A stretch of 21,610 bases of DNA. Source: Bacillota bacterium (lineage in GTDB: Bacteria; Bacillota; Clostridia; Lachnospirales; CAG-274). Position numbers and translations under genes: made by a program. Shown one piece after another: positions 7,926 to 17,541 of this stretch. The stretch lies in NCBI GenBank assembly GCA_017543265.1, contig JAFYGI010000020.1, positions 1-21,610 of the forward strand, written 5' to 3'. The notes beneath the pieces are model-generated. The model saw only the letters and a program-made list of their open reading frames with translations, had not been told where the DNA came from and ran no database searches. Position 1 is the stretch's first letter, and every line of letters starts with the position of its first letter.

Positions 7926-8888
7926 ATGAAAGAATACAGTTTTCTGTTTTTTATGCTGGGCTCGTTTACGGGCATATATTATCACGCCGTTATGAATGCG
8001 ATAGTCAGCACGCTGTGCGGATTGGATTTTCATTTTTTATCGGTATTTGACAAAACAATTGTAAAAAAAGACGGCAAAATAATCGTAAGTAAGCGTCCGT
8101 TCAAGCTTTTCCAATGTATTACGGTATTTGAAAAAAAGGGTGCTTCCGTAATGTATATGTCGCTGGTGCAGTTTGCCGTTATGGCAGTTGAATTTATGCT
8201 GGCGCTTACGGGCATGGTCGGCATTTGTTTATTGCCCTTTAGCAATATCAAGCTTGATCTTATTTATTTTATGGCAGGCATAATGTTTTTTGTTGTACAA
8301 TTTTTTATTGTGGACAGCGCATCAATGCTGTTTAAAAACAGAAGCATCGACGGCTATACACGCTATATTATAAAAAAATTGCAGGCAGACGCAGATATAA
8401 ACAGCCTGGATATCACACTTTCCAAGGCAGAAACGCTTAAAAAGCCCGACAAGCTGCTTAACCTTTTTTATGTTTTATGCTTTTACAAAATGCTTTACAA
8501 TAATGAGATAAATGAAATGGCGCCGCTTATGGCCAAAATCGAGAAGTATTTAACAAGCAAAACTCTCTCGCCGCTTCAAAAGGAAACGACGCTGTATGCG
8601 ATGGCGCAATACTGCTGCCTGCCCGAAACGGCCGCAATTGAAGAAAACAAGGATAAGGCCGCGGCCTGGTTTTCAAAATGGGCAAATACGGCAAAAAAAC
8701 CGTATGACAGCGCCGAATACCGTCTGGCCGCCTATTACAACTATTTTATAAAAGCCGATGTGCAGCAGGCAAAAAAATACCTTGACCTTGCGCAGGACAG
8801 CAGGCCAAGCTATGCTGGCACATTGTTTGAGACAGAACTCAACGATATGATGATAAAAAGACTAAAAAAGATACTTGACAACTTGTAA
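7926..8888 (+). CDS. Membrane-anchored TPR-like hypothetical protein, 320 aa. The start is reassigned from the track's 7851 to 7926.
   Basis: A perfect promoter and RBS precede 7926. The 7851 ATG lies upstream of the -35. The N-terminal half has about 5 TM helices. The C-terminal half is helical-repeat-like (AEYRLAAYYNYFIKADVQQAKKYLDLAQ). Confidence 0.6.
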   Translation: MKEYSFLFFMLGSFTGIYYHAVMNAIVSTLCGLDFHFLSVFDKTIVKKDGKIIVSKRPFKLFQCITVFEKKGASVMYMSLVQFAVMAVEFMLALTGMVGICLLPFSNIKLDLIYFMAGIMFFVVQFFIVDSASMLFKNRSIDGYTRYIIKKLQADADINSLDITLSKAETLKKPDKLLNLFYVLCFYKMLYNNEINEMAPLMAKIEKYLTSKTLSPLQKETTLYAMAQYCCLPETAAIEENKDKAAAWFSKWANTAKKPYDSAEYRLAAYYNYFIKADVQQAKKYLDLAQDSRPSYAGTLFETELNDMMIKRLKKILDNL

Positions 8889-8893
8889 ACAAA

Positions 8894-8930
8894 ACGGGAC
8901 TGTCGCGTTGATTGAACACGACAGTCCCGA
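8894..8930. terminator. Bidirectional intrinsic terminator between convergent genes: GGGACTGTCG-(13 nt)-CGACAGTCCC, flanked by T-runs on both strands
   Basis: 10-bp GC-rich perfect stem, followed by GAATTTTTAT on + and GTTTTGTTTAC on -. Confidence 0.65.
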
Positions 8931-8934
8931 ATTT

Positions 8935-10374
8935 TTATCTTGCAGCCTCCGTCAGCGCCGTTATACCACCGTCGGGCTTTGTCATCATAACATTTGTGCC
9001 GCCGTAGCGCAGCTTATACACGGTATGGTTTGAGGTATACTCCTCCTGTGAGCCCTCAAAATGCAGACCCGTTATTTTTTTGCCGTCCTCGTCGTAAACC
9101 GAGTAATCATAGCCGAATTCGTCAATATAGATCAGGCCGTCGCTGCCTGTATAATAGGCCCGTATGCCGTCCTCACCCGTTTCGTCATCTATTACTGTTT
9201 CCTCTTTTTCAAATTCAAGCACTACTTTTTTGCTGTCGGGGTATTCCACGATAGAATTGCCGTCCTCGTTTCTGTAAACGCGGTATTTGTTGCCCTTATC
9301 ATCGGAATAGTTATCGTAGCTGTCACTCATAGCTATATCCTGCGAGGGATTGCCGTCCTCGCCCAAAAGCACAAGCCAGCCGTTGGCAATGCCGTAGCCG
9401 CGGTCGTCCTCGTCATAGTAGATGTTTTTATACTCTCTCTCACAGGGCACATATTCGCCGTTTGAAAGAATAAAGCCGCTATCGGGGCTGCCGTCTTTGC
9501 CATACACATAAACCAGCGTTTCCGCATTTTCATTGACATAGATAATATGGGTCTCATCCTTTTGGGTATATTTTTCGATAAGGTCGCCGTCGCTGTTTTT
9601 TACGCAAAGAAAAGCCTCTGCACCCACCGTTGAAAATATATAGCTGTTTTCGTTATCATCCTGAAGGCTGCCGTTTTCGTCATAGGCCAGCTTTACCTCG
9701 GTGCCGTCCGCCTTTACAAGGCTTCGCTCATCATCGTCATATATGACCAGACAATCCCTGCCTGTCTTGTCGATATAAACATACTCATACTTATTAAGGG
9801 AGCTGTAGGTCTCCAGAACATTATCATTTTGGTCACAGATGACAATATCATCGTCCTTTTCGTAATATATCCTGCCATCCTCGCCGATATGGGGAGTGCC
9901 CATGTCCACGGGCTCCTCCGCGATAGTATCGTCCTGTTTGGAGATATAAATGGATTTTGTCTCGGCATCCCATTCCGTTTCGTAGCCAAAGCTCTCCGCA
10001 ATAAAGCGCAGGGGGAGCATTGTCCTGCCGTCTATTATGGCAGGTGCGACATCAAGTGTTTCCGTAGTGTCGTTCAGTACCGCCTCCGTGCTGTCTATCG
10101 TCAGTTCGATATGGCATTTGCCCGAATCCAGCAGCGCCGTTTTGGTTTCGGCCGCCCAGTCCACATATCCGCCCAGCGCCTCCACAACTGCCCTGACAGG
10201 CACAAAGGTACGGTCATTTATTATAACGGGCGGGGTGTCTATCTCGGTCTCCTCGCCGTCAACATACATGATTTGGTCGCCTATTGTGAGCGCTATGCCC
10301 GTATCCGCATATACGCCCGTGCAAAAACCTGCGGTAAGCAATACGGCTGCCGCCGCAAACAATTTTTTCTTCAT
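8935..10374 (-). CDS. Secreted protein with two copper-amine-oxidase-N-terminal-like (stalk) repeats and a long D/E/Y-rich C-terminal region
   Basis: Signal peptide MKKKLFAAAAVLLTAGFCTGVYA. Motifs RTFVPVRAVVEALGGYVDWAAETKT and RTMLPLRFIAESFGYETEWDAETKS are typical of the Cu_amine_oxidN1 fold. RBS AAGGGGA. Confidence 0.55.
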   Translation of the reverse strand: MKKKLFAAAAVLLTAGFCTGVYADTGIALTIGDQIMYVDGEETEIDTPPVIINDRTFVPVRAVVEALGGYVDWAAETKTALLDSGKCHIELTIDSTEAVLNDTTETLDVAPAIIDGRTMLPLRFIAESFGYETEWDAETKSIYISKQDDTIAEEPVDMGTPHIGEDGRIYYEKDDDIVICDQNDNVLETYSSLNKYEYVYIDKTGRDCLVIYDDDERSLVKADGTEVKLAYDENGSLQDDNENSYIFSTVGAEAFLCVKNSDGDLIEKYTQKDETHIIYVNENAETLVYVYGKDGSPDSGFILSNGEYVPCEREYKNIYYDEDDRGYGIANGWLVLLGEDGNPSQDIAMSDSYDNYSDDKGNKYRVYRNEDGNSIVEYPDSKKVVLEFEKEETVIDDETGEDGIRAYYTGSDGLIYIDEFGYDYSVYDEDGKKITGLHFEGSQEEYTSNHTVYKLRYGGTNVMMTKPDGGITALTEAAR

Positions 10375-10460
10375 AATGCTGTCCCCTTTCTTTGATACAG
10401 ATATCTGTTAAATATATTTTAACAGTTTTTTATCCCACTTTCAAGCCCCATATCGTTCTT

Positions 10461-10502
10461 GGAAAAAAAGAACTGCTGCCGCAGTATACACCGCAGCAGC
10501 AG
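10461..10502 (-). terminator. Intrinsic terminator of the hydrogenase operon
   Basis: Minus-strand RNA GCUGCUGCGG-UGUAUA-CUGCGGCAGC (10-bp stem including 2 GU pairs) followed by AGUUCUUUUUUUCC, immediately after the hydA stop. Confidence 0.6.
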
Positions 10503-10514
10503 CTTTATGACATT

Positions 10515-12281
10515 TTATCTAAATCCCTCTCTTGCTGCGTAGGTAGTATGCAGCAGTTCGTGTGCCTTGTGCGAATTGGGCTCGCCGAGGAAGTCCTCGT
10601 AAAGCTTGATTATCTGCGGATTATTATGCGACTGACGGATCACCTGACGCTCGTCCTCCGAATAAAGAGCCTTTGCGCGTCTTTCCTTATAGGTCTGCAT
10701 AATATCGTCGGGTTCGTTCTCCATAAAGCACTGTCTTACATAAGGCTGACCACCGCCGTTTATACAGCCGCCGGGACAACCCATTATCTCGATAAAGTGG
10801 TACTTGCTCTTGCCTGCACGGATATCGTCAAGAAGCACCTTTGCGCTCTTCATACCCGAAGCGATGGCAACATTTACGACTGTGCCGTTTATATCGAGGC
10901 TTGCCTCTCTTATACCAGCATCATGGCCGCGTACCTCGGTAAACTCTATGTTTTCCTTCTCCTCGCCCGTAAGCTTGAAGTAAACGGTTCTTAAAGCAGC
11001 CTCCATAACGCCGCCCGTTACGCCGAAGATAACGGCTGCGCCCGTATAATCGCCCATGATATCGCCGTCCCAGTCCTCATCGGGCAGACGGTTGAACATG
11101 ATACCCGCACGCTTTATCATCCTTGCAAGCTCTCTTGTGGTGATAACTGCGTCAACATCTCTTACGCCGTCTACCTCCATCTGCTCGCGGTCTTTTTCAA
11201 ATTTCTTTGCCGTACAGGGCATTACCGAAACGACAAATACGTCCTTGGGGTCGATGCCGTTTTTCTCTGCCCAATAGCTTTTTATTACTGCGCCCTGCAT
11301 CTGGTGCGGGGACTTGCATGACGAAACGTGCGGCAAAAGGTCGCCGTAGTTCATTTCGGCATAGTTTATCCAGCCGGGTGAGCAGGATGTTATCATCGGC
11401 AGTACACCGCCGTTTGTAATTCTTCCCAGAAGCTCCGTGCCCTCCTCCATAATGGTAAGGTCGGCACCGAAGTTTACGTCGTATACCCTGTTAAAGCCAA
11501 GTCTGCGCATAGCTGCGATCATTTTGCCGGTAACGGGTGTGCCGACGGGGTATCCGAATTCCTCGCCCAAAGCGGCTCTTACAGCGGGTGCTGCCTGTGC
11601 GATAACGCACTTGCCTGCCTTGAATGCCTCGTCGATCTTGTCTATTTCGCTGTGCTCCATAAGTGCGCCTGTAGGACAGACATTTACACACTGGCCGCAC
11701 TGTATACAGGGCGAATTCCGGAAGCTTCTGTCCTGTGCGGGTGCAACAAAGGTGTTGAAGCCGCGGTTCTCAAAGCCGAGTATACCGAGACCGTGCGCAT
11801 TTTTGCAGCGCTCTATACAGCGGCCGCAGAGTATACACTTGGATGTATCTCTTACAAGGCCGGGTGCCAGTCTGTCGATATGTGCCTCGGTGTGTACGCC
11901 CGCAAATGCGTTGTCGCGTGCGCCCGTAAGCTTTGCAACGTGCAAAAGCTCACATCTGCCGTTTTTGTCACACTGCTGGCAGTTCTGGTTATGGTTTGAC
12001 AAAAGAAGCTCTACACTCTCGCGTCTTGCCTCAAGTGCCTTGGGAGAGTTTATCTTTATCTCCATACCATCGGATACGGGATAAACACAGCTTGCCACAA
12101 GACCTCTTGCGCCCGTAGCCTCAACAAGACATACGCGGCAGGAGCCCTGATTGCACTCACCGTTGTTAAATTCGCAAAGTGACGGTATCTCATAGCCGCA
12201 GGATCTTGCAGCCTGTAAAATGGTCATGCCTTCCTCGACCTGATAGGAGATACCTTCTATTTTAATATTTATTTTAGCCAT
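10515..12281 (-). CDS. hydA: [FeFe]-hydrogenase catalytic subunit, M3-type group A (HydA/HndD-like): N-terminal 2Fe-2S, His-ligated 4Fe-4S, two ferredoxin-type 4Fe-4S clusters, and an H-cluster domain
   Basis: H-cluster motifs L2 MPCTAKKFE and L3 EIMGCPGGCINGGGQP are present. The L1-like motif reads TSCSPGW. Also CxxCxxCxxxCP x2 and HxxxCxxCxxxxxC. RBS TAGGGGGT. Confidence 0.85.
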   Translation of the reverse strand: MAKINIKIEGISYQVEEGMTILQAARSCGYEIPSLCEFNNGECNQGSCRVCLVEATGARGLVASCVYPVSDGMEIKINSPKALEARRESVELLLSNHNQNCQQCDKNGRCELLHVAKLTGARDNAFAGVHTEAHIDRLAPGLVRDTSKCILCGRCIERCKNAHGLGILGFENRGFNTFVAPAQDRSFRNSPCIQCGQCVNVCPTGALMEHSEIDKIDEAFKAGKCVIAQAAPAVRAALGEEFGYPVGTPVTGKMIAAMRRLGFNRVYDVNFGADLTIMEEGTELLGRITNGGVLPMITSCSPGWINYAEMNYGDLLPHVSSCKSPHQMQGAVIKSYWAEKNGIDPKDVFVVSVMPCTAKKFEKDREQMEVDGVRDVDAVITTRELARMIKRAGIMFNRLPDEDWDGDIMGDYTGAAVIFGVTGGVMEAALRTVYFKLTGEEKENIEFTEVRGHDAGIREASLDINGTVVNVAIASGMKSAKVLLDDIRAGKSKYHFIEIMGCPGGCINGGGQPYVRQCFMENEPDDIMQTYKERRAKALYSEDERQVIRQSHNNPQIIKLYEDFLGEPNSHKAHELLHTTYAAREGFR

Positions 12282-12296
12282 AGTTATTACCCCCTA

Positions 12297-14180
12297 TTAT
12301 TTCTTGGAAATTGCCTTAAGACGGCAAACACTTATACATGAACCGCATTTTACGCACTTAGTCGGGTCGATGGCAAACGATGCCAGCTTATGACCCTCCG
12401 CAATATATTCCGTGCGCTGGATACATCCAACGGGACAGCCCTTCGCGCAAAGGCCGCAGCCGATACACTTGTCGGGGTCGATGTAGTATTCCATAAGGTT
12501 CTTACAGACATGAGCAGGACATTTCTTGTCAACTATGTGCGCGATATACTCATCCCTGAAATGCTTAAGGGTAGAATCAACGGGATTTGCTGCTGTCTGG
12601 CCGAGCGCACACAGGGAGTTGTTCTTGACCGTGCGGCTTAATTCCTCAAGCGCATCAAGGTCCTCCATTGTACCCGTGCCCTCCGTTATGCGGGTAAGTA
12701 TCTCAAGCATACGCTTTGTACCGATACGGCAGGGAGAACATTTACCGCAGGACTCGTCACAGATAAATTCCATATAGAACTTTGCAACATCGACCATACA
12801 GTTGTCCTCGTCCATAACGATAGCACCGCCGGAGCCCATCATGGAGCCCTTTTGTACAAGGTTGTCGAAATCTATGGGTTCGTCAAGGAACTCTTCCGTA
12901 AGGCAGCCGCCCGAAGGACCGCCTGTCTGGATGGCCTTGAACTTTTTGCCGTTGGGGATGCCGCCGCCTATATCGTATATAAGCTCGCGCAGCGTTGTAC
13001 CCATGGGTACCTCCACAAGGCCTACGTTGTTTACCTTGCCGCCGAGGGCAAATACCTTTGTGCCCTTTGATTTTTCCGTACCTACGGAAGCAAAGCTTTC
13101 GGCTTTTTCCCTTAAAATATAAGGTACGCAGGCAAGTGTCTCAACATTGTTTATGATGGTGGGCTTGCCCCAAAGACCCTTTACTGCAGGGAAAGGCGGA
13201 CGGGGACGCGGCATACCGCGCTTACCCTCGATAGAGTTAAGAAGCGCTGTTTCCTCACCGCATACAAAGGCACCCGCACCAAGACGGATATGACAGCGGA
13301 AGCTGAAATCCGTGCCCAGTATATTATCACCCAGAAGACCCATTTCCTCGGCCTGCATAATAGCTATCTTTAATCTGTTTACGGCAATTGGATATTCCGC
13401 ACGCACATAGAAATAACCGTTTTGTGCGCCGATAGCATAGCCCGCTATCATCATACCCTCTATTACCGCAAGAGGATTACCCTCTAATATACTTCTGTCC
13501 ATAAATGCACCGGGGTCGCCCTCGTCACCGTTACAGACAACATATTTTTCGTCGCTTTCGGAGTTGAATGCAAACTGCCACTTTCTGCCCGTGGGGAAGC
13601 CCGCACCGCCGCGGCCGCGAAGACCTGCCGCAAGCACCTCGTCGATGACCTCCTGTCTGGACATTGAAAGTGCACGTTCAAGACCCTTGAACGCACCCTC
13701 GCCCAAAGCCTCGTCTATATTTTCGGGGTCGATAACGCCGCAGCCGTGCAGCGCTACACGCCTTTGCTTTTTGTAGAAATTGATGTCGTCCTGCTTGGAT
13801 ACCTTTTCACCCGTTGACGGTTCCTCGTAAAGCAGTCTTTCAACGACCTTGTTGTTGATGATGTCGCTTTCTATTATCTCCTCAACATCGTCAATGGACA
13901 CAAGGCGGTAAAGCGTATCCTCGGGATATATCTTGACAAACGGACCCTGCGAGCAGAAGCCGAAGCAGCCCACCTGATTTACGGTCGCCTTGTCGGCAAT
14001 GTCCTTTTCCTCCAGTACAGTGCGGAATTTGTCGGCTATCTCCTTTGAGTTGTTGGAAAGACAGCCCGTACCACCGCAAAGCACGATATGTCTTTTTCCG
14101 TCCGCACCGGTAAGCTTGTCGGAAAGACATTTTGAACAGGCGGAGATCTTTTCGTTGAGTTTTTCCTTGTTTGTTATCAT
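12297..14180 (-). CDS. hydB: NADH-binding NuoF-like subunit of a bifurcating-type hydrogenase (HydB/HndC). The start is reassigned to ATG 14180, inside the track's longer ORF.
   Basis: GLRGRGGAGFPTGRKW (the NuoF FMN/NADH site), an N-terminal thioredoxin-like 2Fe-2S, and C-terminal 2x CxxCxxCxxxCP. RBS AAGGAGG before 14180. The ATGA overlap with hydC argues for this start. Confidence 0.85.
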   Translation of the reverse strand: MITNKEKLNEKISACSKCLSDKLTGADGKRHIVLCGGTGCLSNNSKEIADKFRTVLEEKDIADKATVNQVGCFGFCSQGPFVKIYPEDTLYRLVSIDDVEEIIESDIINNKVVERLLYEEPSTGEKVSKQDDINFYKKQRRVALHGCGVIDPENIDEALGEGAFKGLERALSMSRQEVIDEVLAAGLRGRGGAGFPTGRKWQFAFNSESDEKYVVCNGDEGDPGAFMDRSILEGNPLAVIEGMMIAGYAIGAQNGYFYVRAEYPIAVNRLKIAIMQAEEMGLLGDNILGTDFSFRCHIRLGAGAFVCGEETALLNSIEGKRGMPRPRPPFPAVKGLWGKPTIINNVETLACVPYILREKAESFASVGTEKSKGTKVFALGGKVNNVGLVEVPMGTTLRELIYDIGGGIPNGKKFKAIQTGGPSGGCLTEEFLDEPIDFDNLVQKGSMMGSGGAIVMDEDNCMVDVAKFYMEFICDESCGKCSPCRIGTKRMLEILTRITEGTGTMEDLDALEELSRTVKNNSLCALGQTAANPVDSTLKHFRDEYIAHIVDKKCPAHVCKNLMEYYIDPDKCIGCGLCAKGCPVGCIQRTEYIAEGHKLASFAIDPTKCVKCGSCISVCRLKAISKK

Positions 14181-14683
14181 AAAGCCTCTGCCTCCTTTTT
14201 CTTTTCTTCTGCAGCAAGGTACTGTGAAACCACCTCGGTTACCTGTGAAACGGACATTTTGGGGTATACCTTGCCGTTTATGCTTACAGCAGGTGCAATA
14301 CCGCACGCACCGATACAGCGAAGAGCGTCGATAGTGAACAAGCCGTCCTCCGTTGTTTCGCCGGGCTGTATTTTAAGCACCTCGCAGAATTTGTCGATAA
14401 CCTGCTGTGCGCCCTTTACATAGCACGCCGTACCAAGACAGCAGCCAATAACGTACTTGCCCTTGGGCTCCAGCGAGAAAAACGAATAAAATGTTACAAC
14501 GCCGTATATCTCGGCAACGGGGATACCCGTCTTTTGTGATACTATCTCCTGCACCTCCAGCGGGATATAGCCATATTCGTTCTGGATATCGCTCAATATC
14601 ATCATAAGAGGCGTTTTGTCGTCGATGTGTCTGTCGCAGATCTCCGCGATCTTTGCAGCCGCGGCTGCCTGAAGTTTAGCCAT
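14177..14683 (-). CDS. hydC: NuoE-like 2Fe-2S thioredoxin-fold subunit (HydC/HndA)
   Basis: CCLGTACYVKG...CIGACGIAP is the NuoE 2Fe-2S signature. RBS GGAGGAG. Translationally coupled to hydB. Confidence 0.8.
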   Translation of the reverse strand: MAKLQAAAAAKIAEICDRHIDDKTPLMMILSDIQNEYGYIPLEVQEIVSQKTGIPVAEIYGVVTFYSFFSLEPKGKYVIGCCLGTACYVKGAQQVIDKFCEVLKIQPGETTEDGLFTIDALRCIGACGIAPAVSINGKVYPKMSVSQVTEVVSQYLAAEEKKKEAEAL

Positions 14684-14717
14684 GTTGCTCCTCCTTTAGA
14701 GTTCCCTTCACGGGGAC

Positions 14718-14735
14718 TTGTGAAAAATTTAACAT
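14718..14735. promoter_or_regulatory. Rex-like redox-repressor operator candidate, TTGTGAAAAATTTAACAT, in the hydC leader
   Basis: Close to the Rex consensus TTGTGAA-N4-TTCACAA or TTGTTAA-N4-TTAACAA (1-2 mismatches per half-site). It is 35 nt upstream of the hydC ATG and downstream of the putative promoter. Confidence 0.35.
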
Positions 14736-14780
14736 AAAATACCCGCAGAATTGACCCTCCGCAATTCCACATTCCATATT

Positions 14781-14809
14781 ATTTTATAATATTTTGACTG
14801 TAAAGTCAA
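14781..14809 (-). promoter_or_regulatory. Candidate hyd promoter, TTGACT-17-TAAAAT on the minus strand. Its -35 lies inside the perfect palindrome TTGACTGTAAAGTCAA (14794-14809).
   Basis: Hexamers read from the rc of 14804-14809 and 14781-14786, with a 17-nt spacer. Confidence 0.3.
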
Positions 14810-15059
14810 TAAACCAAATCAATTTAGCATAATGCACAAATAACAATTTTGTCAACTTTGTATAAAATACGCGGTTTTTCGCGCCGCAAACAACAGGGAT
14901 ATTTGCGAAAATATGTTTATTAACGGCGTTTTTTGTCTAAAACGCCACCCGTAAAACGCTTGGCAAAACCCACCGCACACAGCAGCGCAAAATAATAACG
15001 GATACGGCTCCCGAGGGCTGTTTTCCTACCCAAAGGAGCTATATCCGCTGTTGTATACA

Positions 15060-16976
15060 TCACATTTTATCGGGCGCGATATCTGTTTCGGGTACTGCCT
15101 GCGCATCCGCAGCTTCATCTGCCGCAGGTGCCTGCTCGCCTTTTATGAGCACCCTTAACTCGTCGCCTGTTATTTTTTCCTTTTCCATAAGCAACTGCGC
15201 CGCTCTGTCAAGGACATCCATATTTTCTTTAAGCGTTTTTTCCGCAAGCTCGTACGCCTCGGAAACAATGCGCTTTATCTCATCGTCTATCATTGTTGCG
15301 ACATTCTCGCTGTAGTTTTTGGTATGGCCGAGATCTCTGCCGAGGAATACTTCCTGATTTTCATCCGCATAATTTATCGGGCCTAATTTTTCACTCATAC
15401 CAAACTGGGTCACCATAGCCCTTGCAAGCTTGGTAGCCTTCTGGATATCGCTGACCGCACCGGAGGAAAGCTCGCCTCCGACAAGCGTTTCCGCTATTCG
15501 TCCGCCCAAAGTTGCCGCTATAGTCTGCTCGAGTACCGTTTTGTAAAGATAGGGCTCCTCCTGCGGAACGGGCATGGTATAACCGCCCGCCTGTCCCACG
15601 GGTATTATGGATACCATATGCACGGGGCTTAATTCCGACAGCTTCTCAAAAAGTATCGCATGGCCTATCTCGTGATATGCCGTAAGACGCTTTTCTTTTT
15701 CAGTTATGACACGGCTTTTTTTCTCCGTGCCGTATGACACCTTTATAAACGCCTGTCTGATATCCTTATCCTCTATAAGCTTTTTATTCTCACGCGCCGC
15801 AAGAAGAGCGGCCTCGTTGAGCAGGTTTTCAAGGTCGGCTCCCGTAAAGCCGGGAGTAGTTTTTGCAACCTCTTCAAGATCCACATCGGGGCCTATCTTT
15901 TTGCCCTTTGCGTGCACCTTTAATATTGCCTCGCGTCCCTTTACATCGGGCGGAGCTACCACTATCTGCCTGTCAAAACGTCCCGGGCGCAGCAGCGCGG
16001 GGTCGAGTATATCGGGGCGGTTTGTTGCCGCGATAACTATAACGCCCTCGTTTGCACCGAAGCCGTCCATTTCCACAAGCAGCTGGTTAAGTGTCTGTTC
16101 ACGCTCGTCATGTCCGCCGCCGAGACCTGCGCCGCGCCTTCTGCCGACCGCATCTATCTCGTCGATGAAGATAAGACAGGGCGAATGCTTTTTTGCGTTG
16201 TCGAAAAGATCGCGCACGCGCGATGCGCCGACACCTACGAACATTTCCACAAAATCGGAGCCCGATATCGAGAAAAACGGCACATTTGCCTCGCCCGCAA
16301 TAGCCTTTGCAAGCAGGGTCTTACCCGTACCCGGGCTGCCCACAAGCAGTACGCCCTTGGGTATTCTTGCGCCTATCTCAACGTATTTTTTAGGCTCTCT
16401 GAGGAAGTCCACTATCTCCGCTACCTCTGCCTTTTCCTCGTCAAGACCCGCAACATTGTTGAATGTCACGCGCTTTGCGGAATCCGTCATCATTTTTGCA
16501 CGGCTGCGGCCGAAGTTCATCACCTTGCCGCCTCCGCCGCCGTTCATCTGCTGGAAGATAAACATAAGCAGCATTATTGCAATAATGATAGTTACTATTA
16601 TACTGATAAACGAAAAAATGCTGTTTGCCTTGGACGGGGACACGGTTTTTATTGTCACCCTGCCCTCACGGCCGCTTTCGCTTACTTCTTCCAGAAACTG
16701 CGATACGGACGAAATGGACACCCTGTGTTCCTCACCGTCCTTTGACTTTACCACGGCTGTACCCGCATCGTTTACATCCGCATCTCTTTGCAGGGTGACC
16801 GTATCCACAACACCCTCGTCTATGTCCCTGAGCATTGTGCTGTAGGTGTATTCCGCAGCCGACTGCGACACCGACGTACCCTGTATCATCCTTTTGCCGA
16901 CTACGGCAACAACTATAATAAGTACGATAGTACAGTATAGACCCAGTATCCTGAACATATTGTTTTTATTATTCAT
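15060..16976 (-). CDS. ftsH: ATP-dependent zinc metalloprotease FtsH
   Basis: N-terminal TM helix, Walker A GSPGTGKT, Walker [13 protein letters not shown] region, zinc site HEIGHAI. RBS AGGAGGAAACC. Confidence 0.9.
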   Translation of the reverse strand: MNNKNNMFRILGLYCTIVLIIVVAVVGKRMIQGTSVSQSAAEYTYSTMLRDIDEGVVDTVTLQRDADVNDAGTAVVKSKDGEEHRVSISSVSQFLEEVSESGREGRVTIKTVSPSKANSIFSFISIIVTIIIAIMLLMFIFQQMNGGGGGKVMNFGRSRAKMMTDSAKRVTFNNVAGLDEEKAEVAEIVDFLREPKKYVEIGARIPKGVLLVGSPGTGKTLLAKAIAGEANVPFFSISGSDFVEMFVGVGASRVRDLFDNAKKHSPCLIFIDEIDAVGRRRGAGLGGGHDEREQTLNQLLVEMDGFGANEGVIVIAATNRPDILDPALLRPGRFDRQIVVAPPDVKGREAILKVHAKGKKIGPDVDLEEVAKTTPGFTGADLENLLNEAALLAARENKKLIEDKDIRQAFIKVSYGTEKKSRVITEKEKRLTAYHEIGHAILFEKLSELSPVHMVSIIPVGQAGGYTMPVPQEEPYLYKTVLEQTIAATLGGRIAETLVGGELSSGAVSDIQKATKLARAMVTQFGMSEKLGPINYADENQEVFLGRDLGHTKNYSENVATMIDDEIKRIVSEAYELAEKTLKENMDVLDRAAQLLMEKEKITGDELRVLIKGEQAPAADEAADAQAVPETDIAPDKM

Positions 16977-17009
16977 TGGTTTCCTCCTGTTTTAATATCC
17001 TATCTTTCA

Positions 17010-17038
17010 ATGATACCACAATTGTATTGCATATTCAA
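17010..17038 (-). promoter_or_regulatory. ftsH promoter candidate: TTGAAT-17-TGgTATCAT (extended -10)
   Basis: rc of 17033-17038 is TTGAAT, and rc of 17010-17015 is TATCAT, with an upstream TG. Confidence 0.45.
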
Positions 17039-17105
17039 GTAAAACTTTTTTGAGTTTTTGCAAGTTTAAGTTTTGCCGCATTTATCATAGCTTTCGGAAA
17101 AAAAG

Positions 17106-17134
17106 ATTGAAAAATCCGCCGCACTGTGATACAA
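17106..17134 (+). promoter_or_regulatory. Divergent promoter TTGAAA-17-TGaTACAAT (extended -10) for the small membrane protein pair
   Basis: TTGAAA at 17106-17111, TG at 17126-17127, TACAAT at 17129-17134. RBS AAAGGAGG at 17151-17158. ATG at 17167. Confidence 0.55.
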
Positions 17135-17166
17135 TATTTTTATAAACATACAAAGGAGGTCTATTT

Positions 17167-17541
17167 ATGGCTTGTTTTATTGTACCGACAGCCGAGGCCA
17201 TAGTTACCACAGCTGTTAAAAAGGCCGCAGACAAAAAGGCAGAAAAAACAAATACACAAATAACAAATCCCTACATTAAAAGGATGAATTGGCTAAACAA
17301 TATGCTTTGGGGCGGCAGCGCACTGCTTGCATTTGAGCATGTATGGCACGGCGAAGTCACACCCTGGTTCCCGTTTTTGACAAACGCAGCCAACCCCGAC
17401 GATCTTGCGGAAATGCTTACGGAAATGGCAACATCCGGCGTTGCGATGGCCGTACTGGTAAGCGTTGTTTGGGCCGTGATGGTGGCTGTTTCGCTGCATA
17501 TCGAAAAAGCGGGCGAAGTTAAGGGGGCGAAGGCAAAATGA
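17167..17541 (+). CDS. Small hypothetical membrane protein (124 aa)
   Basis: Strong promoter and RBS. Basic N-terminal segment, then two hydrophobic helices. Confidence 0.5.
   Translation: MACFIVPTAEAIVTTAVKKAADKKAEKTNTQITNPYIKRMNWLNNMLWGGSALLAFEHVWHGEVTPWFPFLTNAANPDDLAEMLTEMATSGVAMAVLVSVVWAVMVAVSLHIEKAGEVKGAKAK

Noticed and set aside
14181-14306. The 42-codon N-terminal extension of hydB (MRYCTCCKHKRQ...) from the track
   Set aside because: It lies entirely within the hydC coding sequence in another frame. AAGGAGG plus ATG at 14180, with an ATGA overlap to the hydC stop, gives the canonical coupled start.
14871-14900. Hairpin after the ftsH stop (GCGG-N9-CCGC plus UAUUUUAU on the minus strand) as a terminator
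   Set aside because: The stem is only about 4 bp and the U-tract is interrupted. It is too weak to call, so ftsH may read through into the hyd promoter region.
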